A DNA stretch of 64,000 nucleotides from Elsinoe ampelina. Lineage: Eukaryota. The stretch's first letter is position 1. Every line of letters starts with the position of its first letter. The stretch is taken from positions 434,001 through 498,000 of the forward strand of contig ML992504.1 in NCBI GenBank assembly GCA_010093995.1. Reading direction: 5' to 3'. The notes beneath the pieces were generated by a model, which ran no database searches, was not told where the DNA came from, and saw nothing but the letters and a program-made list of their open reading frames with translations. Below, in pieces: positions 52,860-64,000 of the stretch. The position numbers and the translations under genes are program-made.

Positions 52860-53318
52860 GATTGATCATGACGACGAGTATTAGGGATGCTACCAGGGCC
52901 GAGAAAGAAGGGCTCTGAAAAAAACAATGTCGCGGCTGTTGCTGAGCTTTGCCTTAATTCCCGTAGTTGCAGGCGCCGACGTGGCATGCAGCGGAGCTCT
53001 CAGCTGGCCAACGCCACCACCAATCAACTTCCCGTCACCCATGTTCCGAGCACTTTTAATAGCCAATCATGTCCTTCATTGAGCAGAAGCGTCTGATTGA
53101 GCGGCTACTTCACCTCGCAGCAACTTATAGAAAACTTCTGATCAGGGTGCAGATGGTGTCGCGCAAAGTGGAGGAAGGAGGGAAGCGCACTTTGCCAAGA
53201 GCAAGGTCCCACCCGTGTCCACGGTCACGTGCCGGCGTCCATTGATCAGACGTCAATTACCAAGGAGTGACTATGTATCACAAGACATTACCCCAATCAA
53301 ACCTAACTCTGATAACGC

Positions 53319-54935
53319 TCAAGCAGCAACAATCCCCCCCTCCCTGCAAACCGTCCCTGCCGCAGTCGCACCCATATCCACCCACCCCCCCTGATCACAT
53401 ACAAAGAACCCCCCTCCCCCCTCATAACACCTAATCCCCCCCTCCCTCTCAGCAGGACAACTCCCATCCTTCCTATCCCTGATATACCTATCATCCCTGT
53501 ACCGACCTTCCACACCCGTATCCTGCCTGCCCTGATCATCTCCTCCCGTGCTGCCGCTGTACGGCGACAAGAACGGCAGACAAGCCATGCCGGCTGCGAC
53601 TTGGCGGGGGTAACCGTAGACATAAGCTCGCGTGCCGGCGTAGGGCGAGTCTGGGGGTGTGGGGGCGCAGGTGAGGAAGGAGGTGGTGGATTGGCAGAGG
53701 TGGGTGTTGGGGACGCAGGGGAGGAGGGAGCGGTTGGCTTCTTCTGCGGTGGGGATGTAGGGTGGGGAGGAGGCGGGGAAGGGAATGACGTCTGGGTTGG
53801 AGGAGGTTGGGGTGGGAGATGGGGAGGTGGTGCGGCGGGTGTAGGATGTGGTCCAGGTGCGGGATGAGGGGCGGTAGATGGTGGTGACGGCTTCGGAGGG
53901 GCAGGCCGAGATGGTGGTGTAGACTGTGATGGGTTCGGATGGATCGGCGTCGGTGGCAGCTGGGGTGGCTGTGGGGCTCGCAGACGTGACTGCGTAGCGG
54001 ACGTTGTAGAGACGCTGGTAGAGCTCATCGTAGACACTATCGGTCGATGCTGTCCCGGTGCCGGGCTCGTCGGTGTATGCTGTGGGGAGAGCCGCAGCCA
54101 TGACGGGCATACCGGACGCCAATGATGCCGCAACCGTCGGTGTCTCTGCTTCCGTCACCTCTGCAGCTTCGGAAGAGGTTACTGTCGGCTGCAGGTCGCC
54201 GTTTTCGTACTGGCTGAGTCGACTGGGAAACTCGCAATCGCCGGCTGTTGTCGGACTGGCACTGTCATATCCACCACCGTATTCCACATCTGGTCCTGGG
54301 TATGGGTACACTGGGCTCACATTCTCTGTCGTTTTGCATGTGTTGATTGAAGGCAGGTTGGCAACCCAGATTGCTGGCAGGCTGCTGAAGTCTCCTGAAG
54401 TTGCCTGCTGTCTCTTCCTGGTTGAGGATGTTCCCGACACTTGTACTTCTGCACAGTTCATGTAGAACTCCCTGTTACCGATATTGTTCTGCCAGGTCCA
54501 AGCCAGGATAGCTGTTCCATCGGGAGCATATTCTGGTATCGTAAAGTCGTAAGACATCTTGTACGGGCAGCCACCTATGATGGACTTGATGACTTTGAAC
54601 GTCCGCCCTTGATCGTACGACAAGGCGATCTGGCAGGACCCTCCGCCATGCATGATTGATCCAGCGAGGCTAATGTTGTAGGTATGCCCAGACTGGTAGT
54701 CGGCGGTGACGCCTTGTATCGTGTCGTACTCGTAGCCTTTGCAAGGAAAGTCTGACCCATCAGGGTTCAAGGGGGCCATCATGTTGTAGTCGATCTGCGC
54801 AGCTCGTAATCGGCTGTCGTATTTTGATCTGAATGGCACTGGCCAGCTCATTTCCATGTGAGCGAATGTGGTCGTCGAAAGAGCGAAGATGGTTATTAGG
54901 GCTTTCGCCCGGCTAAACGAGCGTGTTGTTTTCAT
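53319..54935 (-). CDS. AA11-like LPMO, secreted, with S/T/P-rich linker and Cys-rich C-terminal module
   Basis: Signal peptide followed by His1 (FA|HMEMSWP); FPCKG, HGGGSCQ, AWTW.N.IGNREFYMNCA motifs; C-terminal C...C...FFVCDQGGWV.MG..AAGTVC module. Confidence 0.85.
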   Translation of the reverse strand: MKTTRSFSRAKALITIFALSTTTFAHMEMSWPVPFRSKYDSRLRAAQIDYNMMAPLNPDGSDFPCKGYEYDTIQGVTADYQSGHTYNISLAGSIMHGGGSCQIALSYDQGRTFKVIKSIIGGCPYKMSYDFTIPEYAPDGTAILAWTWQNNIGNREFYMNCAEVQVSGTSSTRKRQQATSGDFSSLPAIWVANLPSINTCKTTENVSPVYPYPGPDVEYGGGYDSASPTTAGDCEFPSRLSQYENGDLQPTVTSSEAAEVTEAETPTVAASLASGMPVMAAALPTAYTDEPGTGTASTDSVYDELYQRLYNVRYAVTSASPTATPAATDADPSEPITVYTTISACPSEAVTTIYRPSSRTWTTSYTRRTTSPSPTPTSSNPDVIPFPASSPPYIPTAEEANRSLLPCVPNTHLCQSTTSFLTCAPTPPDSPYAGTRAYVYGYPRQVAAGMACLPFLSPYSGSTGGDDQGRQDTGVEGRYRDDRYIRDRKDGSCPAEREGGIRCYEGGGGFFVCDQGGWVDMGATAAGTVCREGGIVAA

Positions 54936-55390
54936 GGTCTGAACGAGTGTGGTGGGAGAGCTTGAAAGAAGCAGAGAGAGAGACAGAATTAAGATTGTTC
55001 ATCATTTTGAAAAGTACTCGATTAATGGTGGCTGTACAAAATCGTGAGAGGCAAGGAAGAAATGGGACTTGACCGTGTGTCTACAGAGGAAAGGAGGCTT
55101 GACACATTCCAGCGCGAAGCCTTCTATCGCGTGAGCTACGCGCACTGCCAATAGTCCATGATAGAGTGATCTCGACCAGAACATTGATGCCAAATAATGT
55201 TCACAGTGTTGAAGATGATGAGCAAACAATAATAATTCATGGATGCCAGGACGTAAGGTTGAAGGGTGTTCCTTCCTCATGAGGAGGAGATGGGATTCCC
55301 AAGTTAACCTCGGCTATCCAATCACGCCCTCGCGTCGCCCAAAGCTGCCATCTGCTCTGCCTTGCATCAGTACAGGCTATTGTCGACAGG

Positions 55391-55845
55391 ATGCTTGCAG
55401 CTGCATTAAGCGACGTGGAAAAGACTGAGGTGGATTCAAATTTGATACAATTCAATGCTAGTGTAGCTGATTCAAGCACAGCGTCTCAAAAGCGCCTTGT
55501 GGTATTCGATTGGTTCCACCATTGATGCCATCTCCCTCGAGCAGGACATTAACGCGACACCACAATTTATTGGCGCCTTGACCGAGCTCGTCTGGAATCA
55601 GATCCGTCAGTGTCTTCAGATCTTATTTCGTTCAATTGACTGATACGAATCAGAGACTGCCAGCCAGGACGTGGAAGCATTCACAAAGTCAGTTGCCTGC
55701 ATCGGGCATGTATCGCTCTATTGAGATTTTCTATAGACACGCTGGACGTAAAGTCATCGACACCAAAGATGTAATGCTGCTCGCTCGCCGCAACGAAAGC
55801 TTAGCACAGCTCCTTGAAGCTCCGACAGACGCTGGACCATCTTGA
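55391..55845 (+). CDS. MHF1: CENP-S/MHF1 histone-fold protein; three introns
   Basis: Spliced translation MLAAALSDVEKTE|RLKSALWYSIG...NATPQFIGALTELVWNQI|.TASQDVEAFTK|HAGRKVIDTKDVMLLARRNESL; only the last exon appears in the ORF track. Confidence 0.88.
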
Positions 55846-55877
55846 GCCAGGATTCCGGCGCAGTTCCGGACACCCAT

Positions 55878-56948
55878 CTACTGCTTATCCGGGAATCCGA
55901 GGTTGACACCAAAGGCAGGATACACGAACCTGGTGATACCTTTGGTCTTGTGGATCTCATCAAGAGCCTTCAAGTCATCCGAATCTAGATCTACGATCTT
56001 CAGGTTCTCCTCAATTCTGGATGGGGTGACCGACTTCGGGAGTACTGAATGACCGAGGGAGACTGGTCGTGTGTCAGCTCATGTCCGAACATGGTTATGG
56101 TCAAATCTTACCATGGTAGCTCAGCAACACAGTGCCGGCTTTGACGCCGTGCTTCTCTGCGACCTTCTGCACTCCCTCCTCTGAGAAGATCGGGCTGCCG
56201 GTACTGCCAAAGGGTGAGTAGGCAGTCACGTGGATGCCCTTCTCCTTGCAAAAGTCCAAGATTTCCTGTTGTGGGAGGTAGACATGGTTTTCGATCTGGT
56301 TGACAGCGGGTGTAATGGTCGCTTGTGGGAGGAGCTCCTCAAGGTACTTCTTGCTGTAGTTGGCGACTCCGATGGCCTTGGTTTTTCCAGTCTTCACCAC
56401 CTTCTCCAGCTCCTTCCAGGTCTGGACGTGCGACCACGAGTTATCGAGATCGCGGGATCCGTCGGGAAGCTTGGGGAACTTGGGGTCGTTGCCGTTCGGG
56501 CTGCTCGAGTTAGACATGAACCATAATCGCTGTTCTCATCTGCTCTTACTTCATGGGTACCGGCCAGTGCATCAACAAAAGGTCGACATAGTCGACGCCC
56601 AAGGACTTCAAGCTCTCGTCGAGGCATTGTTCCACTCTCGAGTGGTATGTGCACCATACCTTTGTCGTGATGAAGATGTCCTCACGCTTGGTGCCAGCCT
56701 TGAACGCCTCGGCCAGACCCTCGCCGACTTCGTTTTCGTTGCCGTATACGAACGCGGCATCCACATGTTTGTACCCCGACTTCAGACTGTGTGCTACTGC
56801 ATTCTTGACCTCGCCTGGCGCGCTCTGCCAAGTTCCGAGCCTGCACGTGTAGTCAGCATTCCTCGTTCAACCTTCGGTATGCGGGAGAGCTGTACCCGAC
56901 AGCCGGGATCTTTGCGCCAGTGTTCAGAGTAAACTCGGGAATGGCCAT
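55878..56948 (-). CDS. Aldo-keto reductase resembling Gar1-type NADPH D-galacturonate/D-glucuronate reductase; three introns
   Basis: MAIPEFTLNTGAKIPAVG|GTWQS; DAAFVYGNE, TKVW, LLLMHWP catalytic tetrad; PAVNQIENH, AYSPFGS, VLPKSVTPSRI; C-terminal RFVYPAFGVNLGFPDK resembles Trichoderma GAR1 as recalled (not searched). Confidence 0.85.
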
Positions 56949-57693
56949 TGTTACGATAGTATTGCAATTGGTGTCTGAGAACGTTGTATGATGGAGTGCG
57001 AAGACGAGGAGGATGAGTCAAAGAAAAGTGTTGGCCGGAAAACAGCTTCCAAGCACATGTCATCCTGCTGTTGTCCCGCCAGTCTATCTGCTTGTGCCCC
57101 GCGATCCCCTGGAATAATAATTCCTACTCGTCGGCTTTTGCTTGGACCCCGCATATTCTCCGTCTTGGTCTTTTTCCTGTCGCCGACGGCGCTTTGGTTC
57201 TTCGGTCTGCGAATTCCGTTGAGGGCAGCTGGACTTGACGCAATGATTGATATTCTGTCGGTTGGCCGAGTGTTTGCGTCTTCGTTACTATGCCCTAAAG
57301 ATGGGCGATGGCGAGGCGATGCTCATATGTGACTAAACTCCGATTCGAGAGGGTTTATTGTTTATCGCCGAATACTAGTATTCTAACGGATGTTTGTGGG
57401 CCAGGGCAAATGCTATCGTCAAGGCAGGGCCCGGGATCAACACTTATCCTTTTCAGACGGACCTCATCACACTCGGTGTTACGAGCATAATTCCTTTAAA
57501 GTCCTAGAATCACACAGCATAGTACATCATCACAAAGCCCACTCGGAGGTAAGTCAGCATCTGTGATGCTACATCCGACCCGCACGAGAAGCCAGATGAT
57601 GTGGCGCAAGAAGCCCGTCGTATATAAGGACGTCAACGAGTATCACCCATATCTCATTCATTCCATTCAAACGATCACGTCCAGGTATTCACA

Positions 57694-58892
57694 ATGGTGA
57701 AAGCACTCTCATTTCAGGACATTCAAGTTCCAAGCCCTGGCTTCGGCGCCATGGGCATCAGCTTCGGACTTGGTAACAATCTGAGCCTCGAGCAGGCAGA
57801 GCCGGTTCTGCTGAAAGCGATCGAACTTGGCTGCACCTTCTGGGATACTGCGGTGGGTGTAGAGCAATATGCTTCTCAGCAGGTTCAGACTGATGAACGC
57901 CACTAGGTCGTCTACCAAGCCGGTGTCAACGAGAAGCTTCTGGGAGATTTCATCAGGAAGCACCAGGTCCGGGACAAGATCTTCTGTACATATCAGACAG
58001 TCGATATAAGTTGCTGTGTAGCTGATGTCGGACAGTGGCCTCCAAATGCGGCTTTGCATGCTTCGAGGACGGTGCGGTGACAAATTCTCCATCTCACATC
58101 AAGCAATACATCGATGGCACGATTGAGCGTCTCGGGTTTGCTCCAGACTTATACTATCTCCATCGCATAGATCCAAGTATGCCTAGACTCGACCCAAACT
58201 CAGCTTCGGAAAGTGCTGACGCCATCTTACAGATACTCCACTCGAGCAGTCAATCAAGGCTCTCGACGGGATTCGGGCTGCTGGCAAGACCAAGTACATT
58301 GGTCTATCGGAATGCTCGGCGGCGACCCTTCGCAAGGCCAACTCGAGTACGTAGTGCGGACACCTGACAGTAGTGAAGCAGGTACTGACGACCAGATGCA
58401 GTCGCTAAAATCGACGCTGTCCAGGCAGAATACTCCGCCTTTGAAACACTACACGAGACAGATGGCCTGATCGACACGGCAAGGGAGCTGGGTGTAGCCT
58501 ACGTCGCTTACAGCCCACTCGGTCATGGCTGGCTGGTCGATGACTTTCCCTACAAGACTCCCGACGATTTCGCGCCTGATGACTTCCGCCGCTCAGTACC
58601 CAAGTTCCAAGGAGAGAACTTCTACAAGAACAAAGCCATCGTGGAGGAGATCCAGAAGCTTGCCAACCGCAAAGGTTGCACCCTAGCACAGATAGCGCTC
58701 AGCTGGGTTGCTGCGCAAGGTATGATCGCCGTACCAGGGACTACCAAGCCGGCGAGGTTGGAAGAGAACTGGACATCAAGAGATGTTGAGCTCACCGAGG
58801 AGGAAAAGAAGGAGATGCGGGCTATCATTGACAAGGCGAAGCCTCATGGGAAGAGATACAATGAGAGAATGCAGGCGATGGTCGGCCATTGA
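57694..58892 (+). CDS. Aldo-keto reductase (YakC/pyridoxal-reductase-like group); four introns
   Basis: [62 protein letters not shown] motifs. Confidence 0.9.
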
Positions 58893-59652
58893 TCGGATAC
58901 ATACAGCCTAGAACGTGAACGCTTCATACAACATGAACTGGTTTGGCATCTCCATGATTGCAGGTGGTTTCTCCGAGTAAGGGAGAGTCACGTGAGGCAG
59001 GGAAGCAGGATAATCCGACAGGAAGAACAGTATCTCCGATCTGGCTGCTTTCGGAGGCTCATCGGCGGTCGAAAGGACAATAAATCGCGCAAACAAGGAA
59101 CAGCCCTCGTAAAAGAGGAGAAACCTTTTCTCCCTGCCTCCGAAAGGTCCACATGATCCATCGATCGTCTCGCCGAGCACCAATCACAAGCAGATACCGG
59201 GCTCCATGTTTCAAGCGTTGGGGAAAATTTGATCCGATCGCATTCACGTTAATCCGCATCCAGCATCTCCGCCAGCGGCGTGACATGGGTACAACGTCGG
59301 CCGTCCCTCAACCTCACGGGAAACGACTCCAGAGTCGGGTAATCGAGCTCCTTCAGGAGTGTTTCTCTGGCAGTCTCTGACACTCGTATCTGCAAGCCTT
59401 GGAAGTAGCCCTGCCCTCCGCCCCCAGAATGTTGTCTCCGCAACACGCGTCATGAGGGACGGTCGAGACGGTAGGTGAATGGTATTTCAAGCGGTTTCGC
59501 TCTGGCCTTGACCCCGGGCTTTCACATCTGTCCTATCAGTATCCCCTGAATTACACGAGAATCATACAAGTCCCGTATCACAGCTTCTTCTTCAAGCAAC
59601 ACATTGAGATACCCACTTTGCTTTTGCCGTCTTCTTCGTTTCAATCACAAAA

Positions 59653-60618
59653 ATGGCACCAATCGCTCTCGATACCCCTGCAATCTACGAGACTGTCCCT
59701 CAGAAACGTGATGGTCTCGCTCTGGAGAACACATCCGACTCCATCGACGAGGTCAACGTCTTGAAGGGCAACATCAAGAAGGCAAAGACACAGGAGGAGC
59801 AGGACATCTACGAGCAGTCCAAGTTCGACGCCGAAAAGGACAAGACCCAGTTCAGACAGTACGAGGATGCCTGCGACCGCGTCAAGAACTTCTACCGCGA
59901 GCAGCACGAGAAGCAGACCGTCGCCTACAACCTCAAGGCTCGTAACGAATTCAAGTCCAAGACCCGTGCCGAGATGACCATCTGGCAAGCCATGGAGAAG
60001 CTCAACACGCTCATCGACGAGTCTGACCCGGACACATCCCTTTCACAAATCGAGCACCTGCTCCAGTCGGCTGAGGCTATCCGTAGGGACGGCAAGCCAC
60101 GTTGGTTCCAGCTGACTGGTCTCATCCACGACCTTGGCAAGCTTCTCTTCTTCTTCGGCTCCCAAGGTCAATGGGACGTCGTTGGCGACACCTTCCCTGT
60201 TGGCTGCGGATTCGACGAGAAGATCATCTACCCAGGGACATTCGAGGGTAATTCAGACAGCAAGGACCCTATCTACAGCACCAAGCACGGCATCTACACA
60301 CCAGGCTGCGGTCTCGACAATGTCATGCTCAGCTGGGGACACGATGAGTATCTGTACCACGTCTGCAAGGATCAAAGCACACTCCCAGACGAGGCTCTTG
60401 CCATGATCCGCTACCACTCTTTCTACCCATGGCACAGCGAGAACGCCTATGGCTGGATGATGAACGAAAAGGACATCAAGATGAAGGAGGCCGTCAAGGC
60501 ATTCAACCCATATGACCTGTACAGCAAGTCTGACGGTGTGCCAAAGGTCGAGGATCTCAAGGACTACTACATGGAATTGATTGATGAGTTCTTCCCTAAC
60601 AAGGTCATCAAGTGGTAG
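59653..60618 (+). CDS. MIOX: myo-Inositol oxygenase
   Basis: Intronless 321 aa; FRQYE, DESDPD, HLLQSAEAIR, GLIHDLGK, QWDVVGDTFPVGC, SWGHDEY, IRYHSFYPWH, FNPYDLYSK motifs. Confidence 0.97.
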   Translation: MAPIALDTPAIYETVPQKRDGLALENTSDSIDEVNVLKGNIKKAKTQEEQDIYEQSKFDAEKDKTQFRQYEDACDRVKNFYREQHEKQTVAYNLKARNEFKSKTRAEMTIWQAMEKLNTLIDESDPDTSLSQIEHLLQSAEAIRRDGKPRWFQLTGLIHDLGKLLFFFGSQGQWDVVGDTFPVGCGFDEKIIYPGTFEGNSDSKDPIYSTKHGIYTPGCGLDNVMLSWGHDEYLYHVCKDQSTLPDEALAMIRYHSFYPWHSENAYGWMMNEKDIKMKEAVKAFNPYDLYSKSDGVPKVEDLKDYYMELIDEFFPNKVIKW

Positions 60619-61219
60619 ATGGAATGGGATCTCTTCTCATTAGCGTATTACGAATGGGTGTTGTATATACACAACAAACGGTTTTAGTTGACGAATGTAA
60701 TGACCACCGCCGTCGAGTGATATGGCTCCGGCATATGATGATAACAACACTGCTACCACTACCGAACTTGTGATGATCCTTGAACCCTCGTCGCCGACCC
60801 TGCATTAACGCTGTGACGCTTGACCGAATCCTGCTTCTCCATTTCGGCCAGGGTCCAGACTGTCTCAAGATGTGCGGAGTCGCGGCGCGGCATGACGTCC
60901 CCTCTTTCTGCTTCTGCAGGAGCGGTTCGTGGGTCGATGCATTGGCCCAATCCCTCCCATCCAGATCGTCCCGACTTTACTGGACCATCATCCAGATCTC
61001 AATCAAATGCCCAACTCTGCTAGTCCCTGGGCGGGTTGGCCAGCTACGACATCCTAAGCTATTTTCATCGTATCCTGAGGTGACGATGACAAACGCAACC
61101 ATGAAGGTATCCTCATAACGACTGAACGACTTGAAACATTCATTGTTTGGAGCAAGCTTCATCGAGCAAATCCGAGCACGTGCATCGTGCATCTTGCATT
61201 TGAGTCTCGAACTTTGCAG

Positions 61220-62353
61220 ATGCCGCTCCATCTTCCTTCTGCGCCTGCTATGGACAGGACATCTAACATGGTCGAAGCGTCACGCGAGGCACGCCGGATG
61301 CTCGCCAGTAAGGTGAAGAATGACTGGGACTATCCTGCATTGCCAGAATGGCGGACACATACTCGACATCCTCTTGATCCGCCTGAAACAATACCTGTCG
61401 TAGACGAGCAGTCTACAGACTTGGACATGCCAACCTCGGCATGGGAAGACCAGAACCCAGCACCATTAAACTTCGAACCACTCACTTGGAAGGAACGCGA
61501 CTATTCTTCAGCATCATCTACAGAAGAAGCCTCGGCTGCCGACATTGTGGACTGTGACGATGATCACTCCAAGCGCAAACACAAGAGCACCTTTGACACC
61601 CCCGACTCGGTGGGACATGTCATTGCTCTGCGGAAGGAGAACAAGAAGCGGAAGCGAGCCGAAGAACTCGAGCAAGAGATGAGTTGGAATGCAGGACTGG
61701 CACACTTCATCGCGCGTCGAGACGCTTGGACATGTGCTCGCCAGCCTTCACAAATACCACCTCTACCTGCTGCTGCGCTTGCAGAGCCAAGAGCTTTCCA
61801 CCGACGCAGCAGAGTATCTATTTCGTCAAGAGGCGCCTCGTCACGAACGTCAGCAGAGAGTAGCACTCGTAGTATCGCGTCGTCTCATACACCCGACCTC
61901 GATGCCCACGCTTCACCCTCACCATCCTCCCCATCAAAAACGCCTCCACCACCTACCGAGCCTCTACCTGCGACTCTCACAATCATGATACCCATCCCGC
62001 CACCACTCCTTCCCAATCACCCGATCCGCGCCAAAATCGGCACATCAGCCTACTCGGAGATCTACAGCAAGATCATCCTCCAAGCACGCACACCAACCGT
62101 CCCGATCAACCTGTCTCACATAACAAAGTGCTTGGTCCGCGGTTGGATCGAAGAAGGCAACTGGCCTCCGAAGCAAGGCGTGCTGGAACCGCTCGCGGGT
62201 AGAAAGAGAGACAAGGGATTGCTTGCTGGTATTGGTAGAAACGGAGAGCGGCACCCGCATCTCAGCAAGGGTGTCAAAGTGTTTGGACGCGTGCTCGGGC
62301 TGGGTATTGGAGATAGTAATAAAGAGAAGGAGAAGGAGAAGGAGGCGAGATAG
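61220..62353 (+). CDS. Gag1-like clamp / DUF4050 family protein
   Basis: WNAGL..F..RRDAWT and Y..IY...I....TP.VPINL......LV.GW...G.WP motifs; first ATG at 61220. Confidence 0.75.
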   Translation: MPLHLPSAPAMDRTSNMVEASREARRMLASKVKNDWDYPALPEWRTHTRHPLDPPETIPVVDEQSTDLDMPTSAWEDQNPAPLNFEPLTWKERDYSSASSTEEASAADIVDCDDDHSKRKHKSTFDTPDSVGHVIALRKENKKRKRAEELEQEMSWNAGLAHFIARRDAWTCARQPSQIPPLPAAALAEPRAFHRRSRVSISSRGASSRTSAESSTRSIASSHTPDLDAHASPSPSSPSKTPPPPTEPLPATLTIMIPIPPPLLPNHPIRAKIGTSAYSEIYSKIILQARTPTVPINLSHITKCLVRGWIEEGNWPPKQGVLEPLAGRKRDKGLLAGIGRNGERHPHLSKGVKVFGRVLGLGIGDSNKEKEKEKEAR

Positions 62354-63409
62354 GACCGCGCCGGAGAGAGGGAGAATACTGATGATGGAGATACGACTGA
62401 TGATGCTGGCGAAAAGATTGAAAAGAACGAAAAGGTTGAAAGGGACGAAAAGGTTAAAAAGGACGAAAAGGTTGAAAAGAAAGACAAGTTTGGAAAGGTT
62501 GAAAGGATCCAAGATGATGGTGATGCTACTGGAGATAGCGGCATTTTGGACTGGTTGTTTGGCCTCAGTGAACCACTCGTCAAGCGACTCCTCAGGAAGA
62601 GGGCTTCCACGCCGTCCCTGAGCACACAGCCGCCCCCGACGCCTGTGGATTCCCTTCAACCTCTTCAAGGACCCGTAGGGCCGTTGACTTTGCGGCCTAT
62701 CTTGTCATCCTTGGCCCCACTAGACTCTACGACATCCTTCAGCCTGCAACAGTCTGCGACACCCCAGACACAACGAAGCTCCTCGACAACCTTGGGCCAA
62801 CACGGTATTGCCATAGACTCAGATGTCAGATCTTCCAGGAGCGTCAACTACGTCAGCAGGCCTTTCATTCAGCACACCGACCTTAGCACCATACGGGAAA
62901 CCCCGCAGAGCGTTACTGGACGCGGAGGAAGAACGCCGGAGATTACCTTTCAGATGAGCACGGCGCCGCCAACAGATGCTGCTCAACCTGCAGCTCAGTC
63001 TGTCCCTGCAGAAGAGACCAAGCGGGTGTCTCGCACACCATCCACGGCCCGACTCCGTGACGGACCGGAGAGGAGACAAGCTTCTAGGCCTCCTTCAATT
63101 CGTCTTCATGTGCCGGATGATGATGACGGTTCCACTCGTCGTCGAGAAGACAGAGACTCGAGAGCACCTTCACGAGCCAGATCCTTTGATACTCTAGGCA
63201 CGTCCAGCACCTACACAGCCCGCCCACGGAGGTTGTCAGACACGGAACGTCAAGGCAGAAGACCACGAAGACATTCTGGCACGAGCCCGGCACGAAGTTA
63301 TCGAGAGATCCGCAGAGTACATCGTTCGCCGTCATTGTACCCGATTGATTACGGCAGCGATTCATCCTCGACTGCAGCCATGGCGGTTGCAGGCACAGGG
63401 TTCATGTGA
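62354..63409 (+). other. 351-codon open frame directly after, and in frame with, the Gag1-like stop codon; low complexity
   Basis: No stop from 62354 to 63406; first in-frame ATG only at ~62954; contains EKVEKD-type repeats. Confidence 0.45.
62411..62506 (+). repeat. Degenerate 18-bp tandem repeat (GAAAAGGTTGAAAAGGAC), ~5 copies
   Basis: Directly visible; encodes EKIEKN/EKVERD/EKVKKD/EKVEKK in the open frame. Confidence 0.8.
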
Positions 63410-63545
63410 TGGGGAGTTACGATATTTATGATTACCGCATGAGCGAACGAACCAAGCACGCATGATTTTTCCCTAGCATTAGCATTACTCGCAAACTAAG
63501 CCTACCCCTAGCAATGCATTTCTGTACACTTCCTTTTTCTCCCTC

Positions 63546-64000
63546 TCACCTCCCCATCCAACCTCCATCCACCGTCACCACCTCCCCACTCACATACCCA
63601 CTCGCTCCACTTGCCAACCACACCACCACGCCCGCGAAATCCTCCGGACTCCCCCACCTCCCCGCGGGTATCCTCTCGAGAATCTGCCTCGCCCTCCCCT
63701 CATCCTTGATCAACGCCTCATTCATATCCGTCCCGATATACCCGGGCGCAATCGCATTGACCCCGACCCCCTTACCCGCCCACTCATTACTCAACGCCTT
63801 TGTCAACTGCGCCACCCCGCCCTTACTCGCCGCATACGCCGGCACCGTGATACCGCCCTGAAAACTCAACAACGAACCCACGTTGATGATTTTCCCCCTG
63901 CACCCCTGAACGTCCGGTTCTTGCGCCAGCATATGCGCCCCTACATCCCGGCACAAGACGAAAGGCACAGTGAGGTTGACGTGCAGCACGGCATCCCACG
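63546..64000 (-). CDS. Short-chain dehydrogenase of the KduD / gluconate 5-dehydrogenase type (3' part; 5' end outside the window)
   Basis: [40 protein letters not shown]...[13 protein letters not shown]...[11 protein letters not shown]...VDGGWMGR. Confidence 0.92.
   Translation of the reverse strand, partial: WDAVLHVNLTVPFVLCRDVGAHMLAQEPDVQGCRGKIINVGSLLSFQGGITVPAYAASKGGVAQLTKALSNEWAGKGVGVNAIAPGYIGTDMNEALIKDEGRARQILERIPAGRWGSPEDFAGVVVWLASGASGYVSGEVVTVDGGWMGR

Noticed and set aside
53303..54465. Pro-rich and Gly-rich alternative ORFs over the AA11 gene
   Set aside because: Frame and antisense shadows of a C-rich low-complexity linker.

Overview
Filamentous ascomycete (Pezizomycotina) genomic DNA with short GT-AG introns. 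Two GC-balanced gene-rich arms (1-9922 and 48651-64000) flank a 38.7 kb AT-rich block with a strong RIP signature (TpA-rich, CpA/TpG-depleted; 875-bp assembly gap at 22109-22983). Left arm: SUMO-like gene, AA9 LPMO, cutinase, and a head-to-head MetAP1/MetAP2 pair. Right arm: AA11-like LPMO, MHF1/CENP-S, two aldo-keto reductases, myo-inositol oxygenase, a Gag1-like/DUF4050 protein and a KduD-like SDR. Main result: the whole AT-rich block lies inside one exon of a single NLR-like gene (PNP_UDP-NACHT-WHD-ankyrin, 52859->9126, minus strand). Removing a Gypsy chromovirus (42442-48650, 5-bp TSD) and a hAT element (9923-42167, 8-bp TSD) restores the reading frame exactly. The hAT contains a second hAT (10577-40047). 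That contains a Plavaka-type element (12984-36700), which contains two diverged ~6.5 kb units encoding SNF2-like helicases, with shared termini but no visible TIRs or transposase; these may be an undescribed mobile family. All translations of RIP-mutated regions are manual back-inferences, not database matches.
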